A stretch of DNA of 41,521 bases, taken from IMG/VR virus record IMGVR_UViG_3300049070_000038, positions 1-41,521 of that record. One strand, given 5' to 3'. Positions 37,411-41,521 of the stretch are shown here, in pieces (position 1 is the first letter of the stretch; each line of letters begins with the position of its first letter). The notes below the pieces were generated by a model. The model did no database searches, was not told the origin of the DNA, and was given only the letters and a program-made list of their open reading frames with translations. The DNA comes from a virus (Duplodnaviria; Caudoviricetes). A program made the translations under genes and the position numbers.

Positions 37411-37643
37411 TTAGTTTGTTCCTTAATTTTTTTAACATCAATTTTTAGATTGCAATGTGGACAAATAATGTGTGTAATTTTTTGATTCCAATAAGCATTA
37501 CGACATACAATGCCGCAATATTTTTGCCAATGAGTTTTTTGGTTAAACTCTTTCTCGCACATCAAACATTTCGTAAGTTTTTTCTCTCCACTTTTTTGAT
37601 AAATAATATCTGACATCTTCTTCACCATCAAAAACTTTTCCAT
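37407..37643 (-). CDS. Zinc-finger protein
   Basis: CLMC...F...QKYCGIVC and CPHC. Confidence 0.6.
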   Translation of the reverse strand: MEKFLMVKKMSDIIYQKSGEKKLTKCLMCEKEFNQKTHWQKYCGIVCRNAYWNQKITHIICPHCNLKIDVKKIKEQTK

Positions 37644-37878
37644 TTTTAAATAAATTACACAAGCTACAACTTACAACTAAATTATCTATTTTATCGCATT
37701 GTGTATAAACAAACGGCATTTTGTGATCTACGTGTTTCGATAATGAAATTAAACCTTTCTTAGATAAAACACTCTCAAATACATAACGTCCACACCAAAA
37801 ACAGTTATCCTCATCTCGAAATCTTTTAAGTAAATTATAGTTATTTTTACGTTTTTTCATAGCCAAAAGCCTTTCCAA
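37543..37878 (-). CDS. HNH endonuclease
   Basis: CFWCG...HVDHKMP...NLVVSCSLCNLFK. Confidence 0.85.
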   Translation of the reverse strand: MERLLAMKKRKNNYNLLKRFRDEDNCFWCGRYVFESVLSKKGLISLSKHVDHKMPFVYTQCDKIDNLVVSCSLCNLFKNGKVFDGEEDVRYYLSKKWREKTYEMFDVRERV

Positions 37879-37906
37879 TAGCCTCCATAACTAGGCTCAT
37901 AAATGC

Positions 37907-37935
37907 ATTGTAATGCTTCTGGCTGGCTTTGTCAA
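37907..37935 (-). promoter_or_regulatory. Sigma70-type promoter
   Basis: TTGACA-17 nt-TACAAT upstream of the HNH gene. Confidence 0.7.
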
Positions 37936-38152
37936 GTGGGAAGAATAGGCGACGTAGTGCTATATAAATTTCATCATAAATGTGTCATTTTGATACGCCC
38001 TATGTCAAGTACATTTCCTCTATTTTCTACCTTTTTTCCTCTTTTTCCAAGCTTCAATTATCCTTTCTGCTCTTCTAAAATCTCTCTTCATTTCCTTACG
38101 TTCTTTCTTCTCAAGTATCCTCTCTCTTCTACTTTTCATACTTTTAATTTAA

Positions 38153-38371
38153 TTAAAGTTCGTCAGTATATACTACTACAATGGAGTAGTTTCTTTTTTG
38201 ATTTAGAAAATTCCACATTTCTCCATCATCAGGAGATACAAATAATTCATACCAAGTCTGGTAACTTGCAACACTTCTACAAAATAAATTTTCTGCCATT
38301 CTACATAATGTATCTAAATCGACATCTTGACAAATATTAACTCTTTGAGAATTTCCGATTATTCTATACAT
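38153..38371 (-). CDS. Hypothetical protein
   Basis: AGGAG RBS. Confidence 0.6.
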   Translation of the reverse strand: MYRIIGNSQRVNICQDVDLDTLCRMAENLFCRSVASYQTWYELFVSPDDGEMWNFLNQKRNYSIVVVYTDEL

Positions 38372-38400
38372 TTAATTATCTCCTATGGGTTTTAATTTAT

Positions 38401-38604
38401 TTAAAGAAAGTAAATCAGAAAGTAAATCAGAAAGTAATCATATTTCTGAGGGTGCATATCAACTATGCAATGCCATTGCAAACAATTGTCTCTCGTTGTA
38501 TCCATTACAACTAATCTCTGTTCATTAGAATTGCAATGAAATATTCTGCAAGTATCTGTTTGATAAATCAATCTGTCAAATGCTCTAATTTCTTTTACTG
38601 TCAT
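38401..38604 (-). CDS. Hypothetical protein
   Basis: GGAG RBS; ends in a 12-bp tandem repeat (YFLI). Confidence 0.55.
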   Translation of the reverse strand: MTVKEIRAFDRLIYQTDTCRIFHCNSNEQRLVVMDTTRDNCLQWHCIVDMHPQKYDYFLIYFLIYFL

Positions 38605-39194
38605 TTATTTATCTCCCAACCATTCCATATACCATATGAGTATATCTGAAAACCAAATAGCATCATACATATATGCAAATGGAATAATCACTAAGGTACA
38701 GAATCCAAATATTTGGAGGAAGAAACAAAATCCTCTCTTCTGTTCCTTCCCAGGTTTATCATCATCTTTCTGCATTCTAACACTAACAGCTTTCTGGCGT
38801 GTTTGATTTATTTAAACAGAATAGGGATTATAGTATCCGCCTTTACTTTTCTCTTTTAATTTATTTAAGAACTTGAAGCAACATACATTCAGGTTACTAG
38901 CCAACATAGCCTAACGATCTTAACTTACTATGCTTTCACTGTTGTTAGTCAGCTAAAATGTATGCTGCTTTAAATTCTTAAACGCGTTAGAAGCTATAAC
39001 TTTGCTGCTTATCACACATCACAGCTTATCTCCCTTAGCTACATCAGGCAGTCAATACGCTGCTTTATCTCCCATTGTGATGCAACCGTGTTAACTTATT
39101 TAACTACGTGCATTTAATAGATTAGGCATTCTAAAAGCATCTCAGCTTACGTATTGAGCTATTCAGTTTTCAATCAATTTAAATAATTTAAAAC

Positions 39195-39257
39195 GGAATT
39201 AAATAAATTAAAATCTCTTCAACTAATAACTAGTGGAGTTTTAATTTATTTAATTCC
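39195..39257. repeat. Paired-motif inverted-repeat cassette, copy 3
   Basis: Perfect 19-bp inverted repeat; 39193-39222 is the exact reverse complement of 15038-15067. Confidence 0.9.
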
Positions 39258-39292
39258 TAATCAGTCTAATTCAACCAATCCCGCGTTAAAGA

Positions 39293-39529
39293 TTAATCTT
39301 TCGCCAAAGTCACAATGATTCTATGTTGGAATTCTGTGTTTGATGACCGAACATTTGAAAACGTATAACCTTGTTCCCATTTGTTCATATACCATTCAAC
39401 ATATTCTGGATTATAGAATTCGTCAATCATTCCCCAACTCTGGTCATAATTCACATTCTCTTTGCAGAAATCACGTTGCGTCATACTAGCAACTATTGTA
39501 TTTGGGCTAGTAAATATTTGTTCTATCAT
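39293..39529 (-). CDS. Hypothetical early protein
   Basis: GGAG RBS. Confidence 0.6.
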   Translation of the reverse strand: MIEQIFTSPNTIVASMTQRDFCKENVNYDQSWGMIDEFYNPEYVEWYMNKWEQGYTFSNVRSSNTEFQHRIIVTLAKD

Positions 39530-39811
39530 ATTTATTCTCCAATCCCGCTTTTAAATCTTTATCTTGTTTTTGTTAGTGTTTTTGGTTGTCCCATAATATT
39601 CTCCAATCTACGGGATTGGCTCAATAAGACTGATTATTAAATTATCAAATATCACATTTTAGCTTGAACGTTCCATAACAATTCAAGGCTTACGGGTTAA
39701 TCTTTCGGATTACCTTTTCTAACTACTAAGATGTATATAATCCATCTTAGGTTGCTTGTCAAACTTAATTTAATTAGAATCTGATTTAATCTAGGATAGC
39801 TGTTAAATTGT

Positions 39812-40075
39812 TTAACTAAAATAAGTTAGTGGTAATCCATCTTGTATTGCATTTAAGTTTAGATTTGTGGGAGAGAAGTGATTTTGATATAATCCTAATT
39901 TACGATTAAGATTTTGGATATCTCTCTTAGCAGATTGAAGCTTTCTTTCTGCTACTGATTCTAAGCATAAATTCAAATACAAGTAACTTGCATTTTGTCT
40001 CTCAATGTGAAACAAATCTCTAATGCGTCTGTTTCTAGCTTCTATTTGCTTTTGTCTTTTAGACTTCATAAGCAT
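39812..40075 (-). CDS. Hypothetical basic early protein
   Basis: AAAGGT RBS. Confidence 0.55.
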   Translation of the reverse strand: MLMKSKRQKQIEARNRRIRDLFHIERQNASYLYLNLCLESVAERKLQSAKRDIQNLNRKLGLYQNHFSPTNLNLNAIQDGLPLTYFS

Positions 40076-40145
40076 AATAAACCTTTCTAGCTAGCCTAGA
40101 CTCAATTAGATTCTAATTAAATTGTCAAAGAACTACAAATCTTAT

Positions 40146-40193
40146 ATCCCGTAATGGAATTGAACCATTATTCAAATGCCTATCATTCGGGAT
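40146..40193 (-). ncRNA. tRNA-like minihelix (acceptor stem plus T-arm)
   Basis: ATCCCG.../...CGGGAT stem with AATGG-TTCAATT-CCATT arm; no anticodon arm. Confidence 0.5.
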
Positions 40194-40209
40194 TGTTTAA
40201 TTAATTTAA

Positions 40210-40419
40210 TTACCAATCACCGGCATCATATGCCTCTTGATTCGTCCTATGAAGATTAAGACCACTATTCTTTTCAGCACATATCATTGTGCAATATCGT
40301 CCAGCATATATTCCTTGATCATCATAAATCTCTTCCATTTCCCAACGATCAAAGTCTTTGTGACAACCTGGACACGTTCTAATATCTTTCATATTGTTGA
40401 ACTGTTTGTCATATTCCAT
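40210..40419 (-). CDS. Small Cys-rich early protein
   Basis: AGGAG RBS; CPGC...YCTMIC. Confidence 0.6.
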   Translation of the reverse strand: MEYDKQFNNMKDIRTCPGCHKDFDRWEMEEIYDDQGIYAGRYCTMICAEKNSGLNLHRTNQEAYDAGDW

Positions 40420-40456
40420 TTTAATCTCCTAATTGTTAAAGAACTTTAGAACCTAT

Positions 40457-40499
40457 AGCCTGTGTTGGATTTGATCCTACATCTTATAATGCACAGGCT
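40457..40499 (-). ncRNA. tRNA-like minihelix (acceptor stem plus T-arm)
   Basis: Perfect 7-bp AGCCTGT/ACAGGCT stem with GTAGG-ATCAAAT-CCAAC arm. Confidence 0.5.
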
Positions 40500-41068
40500 T
40501 ATGGGAATATGTTATACAGTATGAGATAATCTCTATTCCCATTTAAGAATCTGAAAACTCGTTTTCAGTTTCGTATTAAAAGAACTGAAACTAAGATGTT
40601 TAATCTCTGTAATTGGTTGCCTTGATAATTCGATATCTAATCTTTATTCGTGGGAATGCTTTAATAGCCCACATCCACCAATGAATATCACTGTAAAGCA
40701 TTTCGGGCAATGGATATTCAATTAAGTTTTCAATCTTCCTCATTTCACTCCTATGGGAAAACTAATCATTAGTTTAATCTTCCAAAGTTTGAAGAACTTG
40801 GTAACAGTTCTCTTACGCTTCTTTGTGAGAAGAAAGTAGTCTTTCTTCAGAATATAAGGTGATCCCACATTTGTCAATCCTTTCAACCTTAATTTAATTA
40901 CGTAATTAAATGAGAGTAAGTATGAGATAAGATGTTCTCTGAACTCTCAATGCCTAACTGGATCATTTCTTTGATTTACGGTTACGTAACCATTACAGCT
41001 CTATGCTGCCTTTGGCATTTATAACGGAACATTTAAAATCAGCATAGCCAGTAATCTAGCTTTTCTTA

Positions 41069-41130
41069 CTCTCAGACCACGGACGCCTTTAGCGTCCTGG
41101 TTTCGATCTTACAATCTCATCTTGTGAAAG
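41069..41130 (-). ncRNA. Hammerhead ribozyme-like RNA (type I topology, variant core)
   Basis: Three stems, GAAA and a GUC site are present; the core reads CAAGAUGA rather than CUGAUGA. Confidence 0.5.
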
Positions 41131-41301
41131 AACTTAATTTATTTAAGATGTTCTCAGATAGTGATAAGTTATACTTCATCGTGTTAGCCGTGCATCAATC
41201 TAGGAATCTAATCTTCGATTTTATCACTTACGCATCAGATACTTCGCGTTTACTTATCACTATCAAAGAACATCTTTTGTCTTTCGGACAGCATAGGTGT
41301 A

Positions 41302-41317
41302 AGCAATGAGTATGCCA
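41302..41317 (-). promoter_or_regulatory. Sigma54-type -24/-12 promoter candidate
   Basis: TGGCATACTCATTGCT matches TGGCAY-N5-TTGCW with exact GG-N10-GC spacing. Confidence 0.55.
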
Positions 41318-41521
41318 TAGTTTTTAAATAAATTAAGTTGTGAGGAATAATAGAGTTATGGGAATATTAGAAGATATACTAATAATAGTATTATACCAAA
41401 TGGTGAGTAGAATTATTAGAAATCAGGGCTTATATATTATAAGTATAAGAAAAGAAAGAAGATAAGATATTATACCATATGGTAAGTATGTTATACTATT
41501 TAGTATATGTGAAGCTTATAT

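Larger units (their letters stand above)
206..41336. repeat. Dispersed 13-bp palindromic motif TTAAWTWAWTTAA (at least 53 exact copies)
   Basis: Counted by eye across the window; start positions are listed in the findings. Confidence 0.9.

Noticed and set aside
37980-38008. Additional TTGACA promoter on the minus strand
   Set aside because: No acceptable -10 element at 16-18 nt spacing.
38405-38439. 12-bp tandem repeat AGAAAGTAAATC (about three copies)
   Set aside because: Most simply a slippage duplication at a gene end, with no sign of function.
388-40419. Stop-codon reassignment, reverse transcriptase/DGR or integrase
   Set aside because: Core genes are intact under the standard code, and I saw no reverse transcriptase motif, template/variable repeat pair or recombinase.
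40146-40499. Complete tRNA genes
   Set aside because: The elements are only 43-48 nt and lack an anticodon arm, a proper D-arm and CCA; they are reported as tRNA-like instead.
25114-41309. Plus-strand and alternate-frame ORFs inside the replication and early block (e.g. 25486-25914, 35084-35578, 37903-38340, 41124-41309)
   Set aside because: They are antisense to or nested in clear genes, or are low-complexity translations of non-coding DNA.
206-41336. The 13-bp motif as a CRISPR repeat array
   Set aside because: Copies are dispersed and short, with no regular 30-40 bp spacers and no cas operon. The Cas4-like nuclease is a common stand-alone phage gene.

Overview
This looks like an essentially complete, AT-rich (about one-third GC by eye), podovirus-like tailed phage genome in two converging blocks. 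The + strand (388-22408) carries a cytosine methyltransferase-like gene, terminase, portal, scaffold, major capsid, tail tubular and fibre genes and three putative ejection proteins. The - strand (22487-40419) carries MazG-like, gp32-like SSB, family A DNA polymerase, primase-helicase, PC4-like, ParB-like, Holliday junction resolvase, Cas4-like and HNH genes plus many small ORFs. The non-coding ends hold divergent promoters. An outer-membrane beta-barrel gene points to a Gram-negative host. I recognised no integrase, endolysin, complete tRNA or CRISPR array. The most unusual observations are: (1) a 13-bp palindrome, TTAAWTWAWTTAA, found at least 53 times by manual count in intergenic and coding DNA, with three paired inverted-repeat cassettes built from it; (2) two twin-arginine (Tat) signal ORFs between terminase and portal, one fused to a diverged copy of the major capsid N-terminus; (3) a structured non-coding early region with repeated tRNA-minihelix plus boxA modules, a hammerhead-like fold and a sigma54-type promoter. 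All functional calls come from motif recognition by eye, without database searches.
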